DNA of 64,000 nucleotides from Alphaproteobacteria bacterium (GTDB lineage Bacteria > Pseudomonadota > Alphaproteobacteria > JANSWW01): NCBI GenBank assembly GCA_024743275.1, contig JANSWW010000001.1, forward strand, positions 414,300-478,299, given 5' to 3'. Position 1 is the first letter of the stretch; the number at the start of each line of letters is the position of its first letter. Below the pieces are notes generated by a model. It had not been told where the DNA came from, made no database searches, and saw only the letters and a list, made by a program, of their open reading frames with translations. Position numbers and translations under genes: made by a program. Shown here piece by piece: positions 9,912 to 19,700 of this stretch.

Positions 9912-9944
9912 AAAAAAACCCCGATGGCGCGATATCCATCGGGG
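9912..9944 (-). terminator. rho-independent terminator downstream of the dimethylglycine-dehydrogenase-like gene
   Basis: On the minus strand: 9-bp GC-rich stem CCCCGATGG/CCATCGGGG, an 8-nt loop, then a TTTTTTT run. Confidence 0.8.
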
Positions 9945-9998
9945 TCTTCCTTGCAATGCATACAGGGGAGCCCTTGCGGCGTCGCCCGCTGAGCATTT

Positions 9999-12428
9999 CT
10001 ACATACGCATGCGTTCGCCCGCACCGTCGAAGGGGGGCTCCGGCAGCCAGGAAGCCGCCCGGCGCACGCCAAGCACCTCGATCTCGAAGCGGCCGTTGGC
10101 GCCATCGGTCAACTCGGCCGGCACATAGCCCAAGGCGAGCGACTTGCCGACATGGTGGGCATAGGCCCCGGAGGTCACATAGCCGACAACCGCATCGTCA
10201 TGCCAGATCGGCTCGTTGCCGATGACATCGGCGTCCTCTGCGTCGACATCGAAGAGAATGAGACGCTTGTCCGGTCCCTCCTCCTTTTCCTTGAGCGCCG
10301 CGTCCCGCCCGACGAACTGGTTCTTGGTCAGGTCGACAAAGCGGCCGAGACCCGCCGCGAACGGTCCGTAGATCGGTCGGTATTCCGTCGCCCAGGACCC
10401 GAACGACTTTTCCAGGCTGAGGGATTTCAGGGCCCGCATCCCGACATTGCGCATCCCGAGGGGCTTTCCGGCCTCCCACAGCATGTCGAAGAGCTGCGCG
10501 TGATACTCCGGGGCCACCCAGATCTCATAGCCAAGATCGCCGGTGAAGGTGACCCGCCCGACCAGGGCCGGAATCATCCCCAGTTCCATCCGGCGGAAGT
10601 CCATGAACCTGAACGCGTCCTTGCCGACATCCGCGTCGGTGATGGCCGCCAGCACCTCGCGCGCCTTCGGTCCGGCGATCGATAGGCCGAGCAGGCCCAG
10701 GCCTTTCGCCTCGACCGTGACACCGCTTTCCGGCAACCGGGCGCGGAAATAGCGCATGTGGTAGTTTTCGCCCGGACCCGAGCCGAAGATCCAGAACTCC
10801 TCGGCGGCCCGCTTCGCCACCGTGAAATCGCCGATGATCTTGCCGAACTCGTTCAGCATCGGCGACAGGGTCATGCGGCCGGTACGGGGCATCTTGTTGG
10901 CGAGAAGACCGCTGAGCCAGCCCTCGGCATCAGGCCCGGTCACCCGGTATTTGGCGAACCCGGAGCTGTCGAGCAGGCCCACCGCCTCACGCACTGCGGC
11001 GCATTCCCGCGCCACGGGGGCGAAGGAGTTGGAGCGCTTGAAGCTAACGATGTCGACCGGCTCCTCGCCCGGATCGGCGAACCAAAGCGGATATTCAAGG
11101 CCGTAGGCCGCGCCGAAAACCGCCCCCATGGCCTTCTGACGGTCGTAGATCGGCGTCGAGCGCAAGGGTCGCGCCGCCGGTAGCTCCTCGTTGGGATAGC
11201 GGATCTGGAAGCGCCGGGAGTAGTTCTCGCGCACCTTGGCGTTGGTATATTTGACGGTGGCGAACTCCCCGAAGCGGGCGACGTCCATGCCCCAGACATC
11301 GAAGCCCGGATCGCCGTTCACCATCCAGTTCGAAAGGGCAAGGCCGACGCCGCCCCCCTGGCTGAAGCCGGCCATAACGCCGCAGGCGCACCAGTAATTG
11401 GTCAGCCCCTGGACCGGACCGACCAGGGGATTGCCATCGGGCGCGAAGGTGAACGGGCCGTTGATGATCTGCTTGATCCCCGCGTTCTGGAAGGCCGGGA
11501 AGTGCTCGAACCCGACCTCCAGCGAGGGGGCGATGCGGTCGAGATCGGGCTGCAGCAGCTCGTGACCGAAATCCCAAGGGGTGTCCTTGGGCTGCCAGGG
11601 CACGCAGGCCTTCTCATAGGTGCCCATCAGCATGCCGCCCCGCTCCTGCCGGAGATAGAGCTCGGCCTCGAAATCGATCGCATGGATCACTTCCTGGCCG
11701 GTCTCGTCGTTAACCGCCTTCACCTCCGGCATGTCCTCGGTCAGGAGATACATGTGCTCCATGGCGAGCACCGGCAGTTCCAACCCGACCATGCGGCCGA
11801 CTTCGCGGGCCCAGAGCCCGCCGGCGTTGACCACATGCTCGGCCTGGATCGTCCCCTCTTCGGTGACGACATTCCAGGTCGCGTCCGCGTTCTGGGTGAG
11901 CTCGACCACACGGTTGCGCAGGTAGATCTCCGCGCCGTTGATCCGCGCGGCCTTGGCGTAGGCGTGGGTCGTTCCGCTGGGATCCAGATGCCCTTCGACG
12001 GGATCGTAGAGCGCGCCGACGAAATGCTTCGGGTCGAGAAGCGGCATCAACTTATGCGCCTCCTCGGCCGTGATCAGTTCGGTCTCCATGCCGAGAACCC
12101 GACCGGTCGCGTGCTGCATCTTCAGGAAGTCCATGCGCTCCCGCGTGCCGGCCAGCGCCACCCCGCCGGTCAGATGCAGGCCGCAGGATTGGCCGGTGAT
12201 CTCTTCCAATTCCTTGTAGAGGGAAATCGTATAGGACTGCAGCGCCGCCACATTGGGGTCGCCGTTCAGCGTATGAAAGCCGCCGGCGGCGTGCCATGTC
12301 GAACCGGAGGTCAGCTCCGAACGTTCGATCAGGACGGCATCCGTCCAGCCCAGTTTGGTCAAGTGATAAAGGACACTGCACCCGACAACGCCGCCGCCGA
12401 TCACCACGACGCGAGCATGCGTTTTCAT
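9999..12428 (-). CDS. FAD-dependent oxidoreductase with C-terminal aminomethyltransferase (GcvT-like) folate-binding domain; dimethylglycine/sarcosine dehydrogenase family
   Basis: Start set at ATG 12428 (MKTHARVVVIGGGVVG, a DAO-type FAD motif). About 810 aa, with a C-terminal GcvT_C-like region. The first 22 codons of the longer ORF have no support. Confidence 0.85.
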   Translation of the reverse strand: MKTHARVVVIGGGVVGCSVLYHLTKLGWTDAVLIERSELTSGSTWHAAGGFHTLNGDPNVAALQSYTISLYKELEEITGQSCGLHLTGGVALAGTRERMDFLKMQHATGRVLGMETELITAEEAHKLMPLLDPKHFVGALYDPVEGHLDPSGTTHAYAKAARINGAEIYLRNRVVELTQNADATWNVVTEEGTIQAEHVVNAGGLWAREVGRMVGLELPVLAMEHMYLLTEDMPEVKAVNDETGQEVIHAIDFEAELYLRQERGGMLMGTYEKACVPWQPKDTPWDFGHELLQPDLDRIAPSLEVGFEHFPAFQNAGIKQIINGPFTFAPDGNPLVGPVQGLTNYWCACGVMAGFSQGGGVGLALSNWMVNGDPGFDVWGMDVARFGEFATVKYTNAKVRENYSRRFQIRYPNEELPAARPLRSTPIYDRQKAMGAVFGAAYGLEYPLWFADPGEEPVDIVSFKRSNSFAPVARECAAVREAVGLLDSSGFAKYRVTGPDAEGWLSGLLANKMPRTGRMTLSPMLNEFGKIIGDFTVAKRAAEEFWIFGSGPGENYHMRYFRARLPESGVTVEAKGLGLLGLSIAGPKAREVLAAITDADVGKDAFRFMDFRRMELGMIPALVGRVTFTGDLGYEIWVAPEYHAQLFDMLWEAGKPLGMRNVGMRALKSLSLEKSFGSWATEYRPIYGPFAAGLGRFVDLTKNQFVGRDAALKEKEEGPDKRLILFDVDAEDADVIGNEPIWHDDAVVGYVTSGAYAHHVGKSLALGYVPAELTDGANGRFEIEVLGVRRAASWLPEPPFDGAGERMRM

Positions 12429-12787
12429 GATTTTCTCCCCTCGATCGGGCCTCTCGAAGGCCCACCTTCCGGATGTGCGATCCCGCACGTACACCCTGGG
12501 ACGTTAGGCGAACCGCCCCCAATTCCTTGTTGATAGACGACAATTGGTGACGGGATCAGGGCTTTTGCCGGCAAATTCCGTATGGTCGACGGCAGAACGG
12601 AAAAAACGCGCTCCGGAGGAACGAAACCACCTTGTGTTAACCTTCTCTTAGGCACACTAGGTTAGTTTCACGCATTGTTAACGAGCAAGGGATCGCAAAC
12701 TGTAGTAGGCGGTCGAAGCTCGACGAACAGAGTGGCCCGGACGGGACGGGCCTTTGGGGTTTTGAAGCGGATCTAAGGGGAAAAACC

Positions 12788-13621
12788 GTGTCGCAGAATA
12801 CCAATCGGCGCCTTTTCACCATCGAAAAACGGGCTCTCGGCCTGCCGGTCGGCGGACCCAGCCTGGCGGAGGGCATGCTGAGCCGGATCGAGGACAGTCT
12901 GGCCCGCATCGAAGCCCAGATGGAATCGATGGACGAGCGGATCGCCGTGACCGTGAGCGAGGCGGCCGCCACCCAAGCGCCGGTCGCAGCGGAAGGCGGC
13001 GCCCGCTCCTCGGCATCCGATGGCGAGATCACCGAAGCCGACGCGATGATGATCCTCGGCATCGATCAGGATCTCCTTGAGACGGCCCAGGCTCTGCGCG
13101 ACGTCGACGATCAGGTGCGGAGCGAAGTCGCCGCCATGGTGCGAATTGTCGGACAGGTCCGCCAGGAAATCGCCAGCATCGCGCCGCAGGAGGAGAAGGA
13201 TCAGGTCGCGGACGCGACCAAGGAACTGGATGCGGTCGTGCAGGCGACCGAAGAAGCGACACATCGCATTCTGGCCGCGGTCGAGAACGCCGAGGGATTC
13301 TTGAAGGAACTCGAAGGCCGATTGGAGGACGAGGCGGACCGGGCTCTGGTCGACCGGGTCGGTCAGGAGATGGTCGAAATCCTCGAAGCCTCGACCTTCC
13401 AGGATCTGACCGGCCAACGCATCCGCAAGGTCGTCGGCACCCTCGACCGGGTGCGCGTGCGGGTTGTCAACCTGGTGAACATTCTGGGACCTGAGTCGTT
13501 GCTCGGCCTGGAAACGGATGGACTCGAGCACGAAGACGACGACGAGGCGGGGCTGCTGGAAGGCCCGCAGATGGACGGGGCCGGCCTTTCCCAGGAGGAT
13601 ATCGACAAGCTCTTCGACTAG
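12788..13621 (+). CDS. cheZ: CheZ-like chemotaxis protein phosphatase
   Basis: 277-aa acidic helical protein carrying the CheZ catalytic signature TFQDLTGQRIRKVV. GTG start with the RBS AAGGGG upstream. Confidence 0.75.
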   Translation: MSQNTNRRLFTIEKRALGLPVGGPSLAEGMLSRIEDSLARIEAQMESMDERIAVTVSEAAATQAPVAAEGGARSSASDGEITEADAMMILGIDQDLLETAQALRDVDDQVRSEVAAMVRIVGQVRQEIASIAPQEEKDQVADATKELDAVVQATEEATHRILAAVENAEGFLKELEGRLEDEADRALVDRVGQEMVEILEASTFQDLTGQRIRKVVGTLDRVRVRVVNLVNILGPESLLGLETDGLEHEDDDEAGLLEGPQMDGAGLSQEDIDKLFD

Positions 13622-13710
13622 CATCGTCGATCGGCTTTTTTCTGCGAATTGAAGAAACAGCATCGCGGCCCGGCGCCCAGCCCCGCCGCACGATGCGGCT
13701 AAGGTTGTAA

Positions 13711-15888
13711 GTGAGAGATTCGAAGGCGTATCCACGCCCCAGCCTCGAGAATACACCCCGCCGACGGTCCAACTCTCCCTCCGACCTTCCGGCCTCAACC
13801 CGGGAGTCCTCGGATTCCCGGGCTCCCGACCAGAGCCCGCCCCTCACCCGCCGCTCCCTCAGCGTTCAGCAGGCCATTCGCGCGATCGGGGTCGCGTTCA
13901 CCGTCGGCCTGATCATCGGCTTGTTCGACGCCTACACCCAGGTCGAACAACAAAGAAAGACCTTCGCGCAAACGGTTCAGAACATCGTCTCGCTGTCCCG
14001 GGTCGGCGCCAGTGACGCGATCTCCAAGCTCGACGTGAAGCTTGCGGAACAAGTCTCCGACGAGATTATCGCGCTCGAACCGGTCGTCCTGGTCGAGATC
14101 CTGTTCCCCAACGGCGATGTCTACGTCGCCCGGTCCAAATCCCCGCCCGAAGCCGGATCCTTGGCCAACCGTCTTGGCGAGAGCGTGTTTTCCGCGTCGG
14201 CGAGCGGGCGGGTGACACTGTTCGACACATGGAACAGCGGCGGCAGCGACGGGCCGGCCGCGGTCGGTGAATTGCATATCGAGCTCGATCGCGTCATGGC
14301 CGGGTCGCAATTGTTGACCATGCTTTTCATCCGCATTGCCGAGGGAGTCCTGCAGGCCGTGGTGATCGGCCTTATCCTCGCTTTGCTATTCCACCGCTTC
14401 CTGAGCCGGCCGCTCCGGGAACTCGGCCAAGAGATCGATCGCATCGACCTCAATGCCCCGGACGCGGACCCGATCGCGGTGCCGGCGGGCCATGAGGAGG
14501 ACGAGATCGGCACCCTTGCGAACCGGATCAACCGGATGATGTCGAAGATCAGCGAGGGACAGCGGGCGTTGCGGCGGCTATCGACCCGGGATGACCTCAC
14601 GAACCTGCCAAACCGCCTGCTGATCCATGAAATGCTGGAACAGGCACTCGCTCGAGCCGACGCCCACAACGGCGTTGTCGCGGTCCTGTTCCTGGACCTG
14701 GACCGCTTCAAGCAGGTGAACGACACGCTTGGCTATGACAGCGGGGACCAACTCCTCCGGGCGGTTGGCAAGCGGATCCAATCTTGTCTGCGCGGCGACG
14801 AGACCTTGGGACGACTGAGCGGGGACGAATTCCTGATCATCGTCGAAAACCTCGACGGCTTCGAACAGGCCGCCAGCGTGAGTCGCCGGTTGGAAAGGAC
14901 GCTGGCCAGCAGTTTCAGGATCGACGGGCACAGTCTGCATGTCACCGCATCGATCGGCATTTCCCTGTTCCCGACCGACAGCATCACCCCGAAGGAACTG
15001 CTGAACCAGGCCGATGTCGCGATGTACAACGCGAAGGCCCAGGGCGGCGGCTTCCAGTTCTTCTCAAACGAGATGAGCGAACGCGCTCAGGTCCGGCTCA
15101 AGATCGAGACCAGCCTGCGGCTTGCGCTGGAACGGCAGGAATTCGAACTCTTCTATCAGCCCAAAATCAGTCTCGACACCGGCGACCTGAAGGGCTGCGA
15201 GGCGTTGATCCGCTGGCGCCATGAGGGCGAGTTCATCTCCCCCGACCGCTTCATCCCGATCGCCGAGCAGACCGCGCTGATCCTGCCGATCGGCGAATGG
15301 GTCCTGTCCGAGGCCTGCCGGGTGATCGCCAAATGGGACCGGGAGGGCTACAGCGTCCCGATGTCGGTCAATGTCTCGGCCCGCCAGATCGTCCCGGGCT
15401 CCTTCGTTCAATATGTCCGGGCCTGTATCGACGCCCACGGCATCAGGCCTGAACTCCTCGAACTGGAGATCACGGAAACCGCCGTTATCCAGCGCCTCGA
15501 GGAATTCCGGGACATCATCGCGGAATTGCGGCTGATGGGAATCGGCATCGCCATCGACGATTTCGGCACCGGCTATTCGAGCCTCGCCTATGTCCGGGAT
15601 ATCGATGCCACAACCCTCAAGATCGACCGGCATTTCATCAAAGACCTGCCGGAGGACGGCACCCTGGTCTCGGTGATCCTCAATCTCGCCCGGGAGCTCA
15701 GGATCGACGTCGTCGCCGAGGGCGTCGAGAACCAGGAGCAGGTGGACTGGCTGAAACGGCACGGTTGCGCCATGGCCCAGGGTCACCTGTTCAACCGCGC
15801 CGTGACCGAGCATCAATTCCAGCGCCAGTATCTCTCGTCCGCCCAGGAGGATGTTCCGGCGTCCCGGTCCTTCGGCGAAGCGCCTTAA
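13711..15888 (+). CDS. membrane-anchored GGDEF-EAL (diguanylate cyclase/phosphodiesterase) signalling protein
   Basis: TM helix AIRAIGVAFTVGLIIGLF, then a periplasmic segment, a second TM/HAMP-like region, a GGDEF domain with the variant signature RLSGDEF (SGDEF), and an EAL domain (EALIRW, DDFGTGYSS, EGVE). GTG 13711 is the only in-frame start. It gives an unusual Pro/Ser/Arg-rich 50-aa N-terminal tail, so the start is uncertain. Confidence 0.85.
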   Translation: MRDSKAYPRPSLENTPRRRSNSPSDLPASTRESSDSRAPDQSPPLTRRSLSVQQAIRAIGVAFTVGLIIGLFDAYTQVEQQRKTFAQTVQNIVSLSRVGASDAISKLDVKLAEQVSDEIIALEPVVLVEILFPNGDVYVARSKSPPEAGSLANRLGESVFSASASGRVTLFDTWNSGGSDGPAAVGELHIELDRVMAGSQLLTMLFIRIAEGVLQAVVIGLILALLFHRFLSRPLRELGQEIDRIDLNAPDADPIAVPAGHEEDEIGTLANRINRMMSKISEGQRALRRLSTRDDLTNLPNRLLIHEMLEQALARADAHNGVVAVLFLDLDRFKQVNDTLGYDSGDQLLRAVGKRIQSCLRGDETLGRLSGDEFLIIVENLDGFEQAASVSRRLERTLASSFRIDGHSLHVTASIGISLFPTDSITPKELLNQADVAMYNAKAQGGGFQFFSNEMSERAQVRLKIETSLRLALERQEFELFYQPKISLDTGDLKGCEALIRWRHEGEFISPDRFIPIAEQTALILPIGEWVLSEACRVIAKWDREGYSVPMSVNVSARQIVPGSFVQYVRACIDAHGIRPELLELEITETAVIQRLEEFRDIIAELRLMGIGIAIDDFGTGYSSLAYVRDIDATTLKIDRHFIKDLPEDGTLVSVILNLARELRIDVVAEGVENQEQVDWLKRHGCAMAQGHLFNRAVTEHQFQRQYLSSAQEDVPASRSFGEAP

Positions 15889-15892
15889 GGCG

Positions 15893-16612
15893 ATGATGGA
15901 CAGTTTCAAAAACACCGGCGACGACCCCGCTTCCATCGCCGCCGTCTTCGGCGCCTCAGGCACCATCGGAACGGCGTTCGTCACCGCCCTCGCGGACTCG
16001 GGTGCCTTCGACCGGGTGATCGGTTTCTCCCGCTCGTCGACACCACGTGTGGATCTTCTGGACGAGGCCAGCATCGCCGGCGCCGCGACGGCTTTGGCGG
16101 AGGCGGGCACCCCGCGCCTCATCATCGACGCCACCGGCTTTCTCCACGGGGACGGGTTCATGCCCGAAAAGAGCTGGCGCGACCTGTCGGCGGATCACAT
16201 GGCCCACGCCTTCGCCGTCAACGCCATTGGGCCGGCACTGCTGATGAAGCATCTGCTGCCGCTGCTGCCGCGTCAGGGCAAATCCGCCTTCGTCACCCTC
16301 AGCGCGAAGGTCGGCGGGATCGCCGATAACCGGTTCGGAGGCTGGTACAGTTATCGCGCCTCCAAGGCCGCGCTCAATCAGATGGTGAAGACCGCATCCA
16401 TCGAACTGGCCCGCAAGCGGCCCGAGGCCCTCTGCCTCGCCCTCCATCCCGGCACCACCGAAAGCCCGCTGTCCGATCCCTTCGCCAAGCAGGGCCTGAC
16501 CGTCCGGTCGCCGGCCGAGGCCGCTGCCCTGATGCTCGATGTCATCGATCGGAAAACGGCGGCGGACAGTGGCGGCTTCTTCGACTATTCCGGCGCCGCC
16601 CTGCCCTGGTAG
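15893..16612 (+). CDS. SDR family short-chain dehydrogenase/reductase
   Basis: GASGTIG Rossmann motif and a YxxxK catalytic dyad (YSYRASK). The start was placed at the ATG just after the stop of the upstream gene. Confidence 0.8.
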   Translation: MMDSFKNTGDDPASIAAVFGASGTIGTAFVTALADSGAFDRVIGFSRSSTPRVDLLDEASIAGAATALAEAGTPRLIIDATGFLHGDGFMPEKSWRDLSADHMAHAFAVNAIGPALLMKHLLPLLPRQGKSAFVTLSAKVGGIADNRFGGWYSYRASKAALNQMVKTASIELARKRPEALCLALHPGTTESPLSDPFAKQGLTVRSPAEAAALMLDVIDRKTAADSGGFFDYSGAALPW

Positions 16613-16706
16613 CAGCCTCCGGCTTCGCCTCACCCGGTTCGATCACCGGCGGAAAGCGAAAGAGGCGCCGAGGCGTTTGACCGCCGCGACGCCTCCGTCT
16701 CTCCCC

Positions 16707-19700
16707 CTACAGAACAACCGGATCGGCCACCGGATCCTGGCCCAGAAGAGCGATCTGCTCGACCGGAAGCTGGCTGCCATAGACCGCGAAGTCGGAGATC
16801 ACACCATCGAACTCGTCGCGCGCGTCGAGCGGACGGTTGTCCCGACGATGCGCTCCGCTGGCGCCGAGCACCAGGGAGAGATTGTTGTCGGCGAGGCCCT
16901 GGGTGAACCCGACCTCCTGATCGACCAGAGCACCGTCCAGATAGAGCTGGAAGCCCGCCGCCCCGAAGCTGATGGCGACGTCGTGCTCCTGCCCTTCCTG
17001 GATCGCGTTCTTGGCCGAGCGGAGATATTCCGATTTGTCCTCGGATTGGAGCCGGACCTCAAGACGGCCGTTCTTCACCCAGGCTGTCATATGACCCGGA
17101 ATGTCCTGGTGGCTGTAATCCTTGGAGAACAGCGCGTTGGATCCGCCCGTGTCATCGGCGGTGAAGCTCAGCGCAATCGTTCCGTTGGCCTGCTCCATCG
17201 CGGCGAAATGACCGACCTCGATCTGGCCACCGTCCTCGCCGTCGAAGGTGAGCGCCCGCGGAATGGCGAAGGCGGCTCCGGTGGGCAGGCTCGACGGCCC
17301 GATCAGATCCGGCGACGGCACAAAGGGATCGTCCGTCGCAAGCTGACCGTAGAGCGGCGTCACCGCCTCGGCATACTCGTCGATTGTGTCGACGATGCCA
17401 TAGGCCGGCCCGGCGTCGTTTTCGATATCGCTTTCCCGGACGAAGTCGCCGAACACCTGGATCGTGCCGAGGTCGTCGTATTGATGCGCCCCGCCATTGC
17501 GGCCCTGATTGGAGCGCACATGAATCACCGAATGGTCGGGGACGTTGTCGCCGTCGGCGTCGCCCATGGTGATCCTGTAGACCTCCGCCGTGTGGCCGAC
17601 GACGGCGATGCTGTCGCCCTCCGCCCGGTTGAAGTCGAGGATCACATCGTTGCCGAGGCTGTCGACCCAGTGGTCGTGATGCTCGTTGTTTTCCCCCGCG
17701 ACCTGGTGCCATTCGATCTTCCGGTTCTCGGGGTCCGTATGTTCGGTAAGGAAATGCGGTTTGGCGTTGATCAGCGGATTGAACATGAAGAGATCCGCGC
17801 CGCCGCCACCGATCAGGACGTCGTCGCCCTCGATCGGCTGACCGGGGAAATAGGTCAGCGTCACCGGATCGATTTCGTAGTCCGGGTCCTCGCGCGGGTC
17901 GTAGTTCTGGGCCAGTTTCGGCTCGCGGGCATCGGCCCGGCTGAGGATAACGTCATCGCCATCCCCGCCATAGACCGTGTCCTCGCCATGGCCGCCGTCG
18001 AGCGTGTCGTTGCCACCGTCTCCGGAGACCGAGTCGTTGCCGTAGCCGGCGTCGACCACATCGTCCTCGGACCCGCCGGAGACCTGGTCGTCGCCCGCCC
18101 CGGCCTCGATGGTGTCGGCACCGCCGTCGCCGTTGATCACGTCATCGCCGAGCGGCACCGGATCCGGCTTGAACGCGGTGCCGAGAACGCCCGGCCCGTT
18201 GGCGGCGAGCGAGAGAACCTGTTCGGCGTTGAGCGCGTCCTCCGGCCGGTAACCGCCCCAGAAGCCGACGCCGGCGACCGCCCCGTCGAGGAAGTCGCGG
18301 AAATCACGGTCGGTGGTGATCACCCCGGCCGTGTCGGTATCGTCGACCCGGTGGGTGTCCGCCCCGATGATCCAGGGGTTGTCGTTGGCGATCAGGAAGC
18401 CGGCCTTGTAGTCGTCGATATCCTGCCGGCCTTCCTTGGTGCGGAAGGCACCGTTGTCCAACTGACTGCCGTTGACATAGACCTCAACGCCGTTGGTCCC
18501 GAAAGTGACCGCGACATGGGCCCATTCGCCCTCGGTCAGGACCGCCTCCCGGGTCTCCCAGCTCGAATTGCGGTCGCCATTGCCCGGCGCGATGCGGACG
18601 AAAAGCTTGCCGTCGTCCTGGCCGAGCCGGAAATGGCCGCCGTCGTCGCTACCGCTCTGATCCTTGTTGACGAAGGCCTGACGGTCGCCGATGTCATCGA
18701 CCCGGACCCAGAGCGCCACCGTCTGATTCGTGGTCTCATAGGCCTGGCTATGTTCGACCATGGCGAAGCTGGACCCGTCGAAAGTCAGAGCGGGTGCGCC
18801 CCCCAACACGGTGGGACCGCTGGTGGTGGGAACGCCGTCCACCGCGATATAGGGGGCGCGCTCATGGACGGTGTAGAAACTGCCGTCCTGAGTGCCTTGC
18901 GCGTCGACAACGGCGCCGTTGGCAAGGGCATCGAAGGCCCAATAAGAGACGGCGTCATGGGGCGTTGTCTTGGCGACCGGGGCGGCCTTGTCGCCGTACA
19001 GCATGTCGGCACCGGCACCGCCATTGACCGTGTCGCCGCCATCACCGCCATAGAGGATGTCGTTGGCCTCGGTCCCCGAAACGACCTCCGCCGTCCCCTC
19101 GGTCGTCGTCTCGCGTACGATCACCCTTTCCGCGAAGGGAGTCACCGGCTGATCCGGCTCCCGGCTTTCCGGCGCGAAGAAATCGTCGAAAAGGTCGAGC
19201 GGCGAGGCGGCCGGAGCGATGAAGTCCAACGCCCGGACATTGATGTCGGTGAAATCCTCCGGCGCCGTCTCGGACGGCAGCGGCGACGGATCGATCGCGT
19301 CCAGCAACTCGTCGATATGGTCGATGACGCCATAGGTCACCCGCCGGTCGACCTGGACATCGTCCTCGGTCACCGCATCGCCGAAGACCACGATATGGCC
19401 AAGCAGATCGCCATTATGAGCGCCGCCATTGCGGCCCTGGTTGGAATAAAGCCGGATGATGGTTTCCGCGTCGCCGTCGCCGTTCACATCCCAGGAGGCG
19501 AAGCGCGCGTCGACCGTGTGGCCGTAGATCACGATCTTGTCGCCCTCGGCCTTGTTGAAGTCGGCGACCACGTCGTTGCCGATCGAATCGACCCAGTGAT
19601 CGTGGACGTTGTTGTTCTCGCCGGCGACCCGCTTCCAGTTGATCGTGCCGTCTTCCCGGACATGTTCCAGGATGATGTCCCGCTTGGCGTTGATCAGCGG

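Noticed and set aside
12429-12787. Possible sigma-54 promoter (TGGTGAC...TTTTGC) in the DMGDH-cheZ divergent region
   Set aside because: Spacing between the GG and GC elements does not fit the -24/-12 consensus. This was not pursued.
13600-13650. Possible terminator after cheZ (TCGAC/GTCGA stem plus TTTTTT)
   Set aside because: Only a 5-bp stem with a 4-nt gap before the T-tract. Too weak to call.
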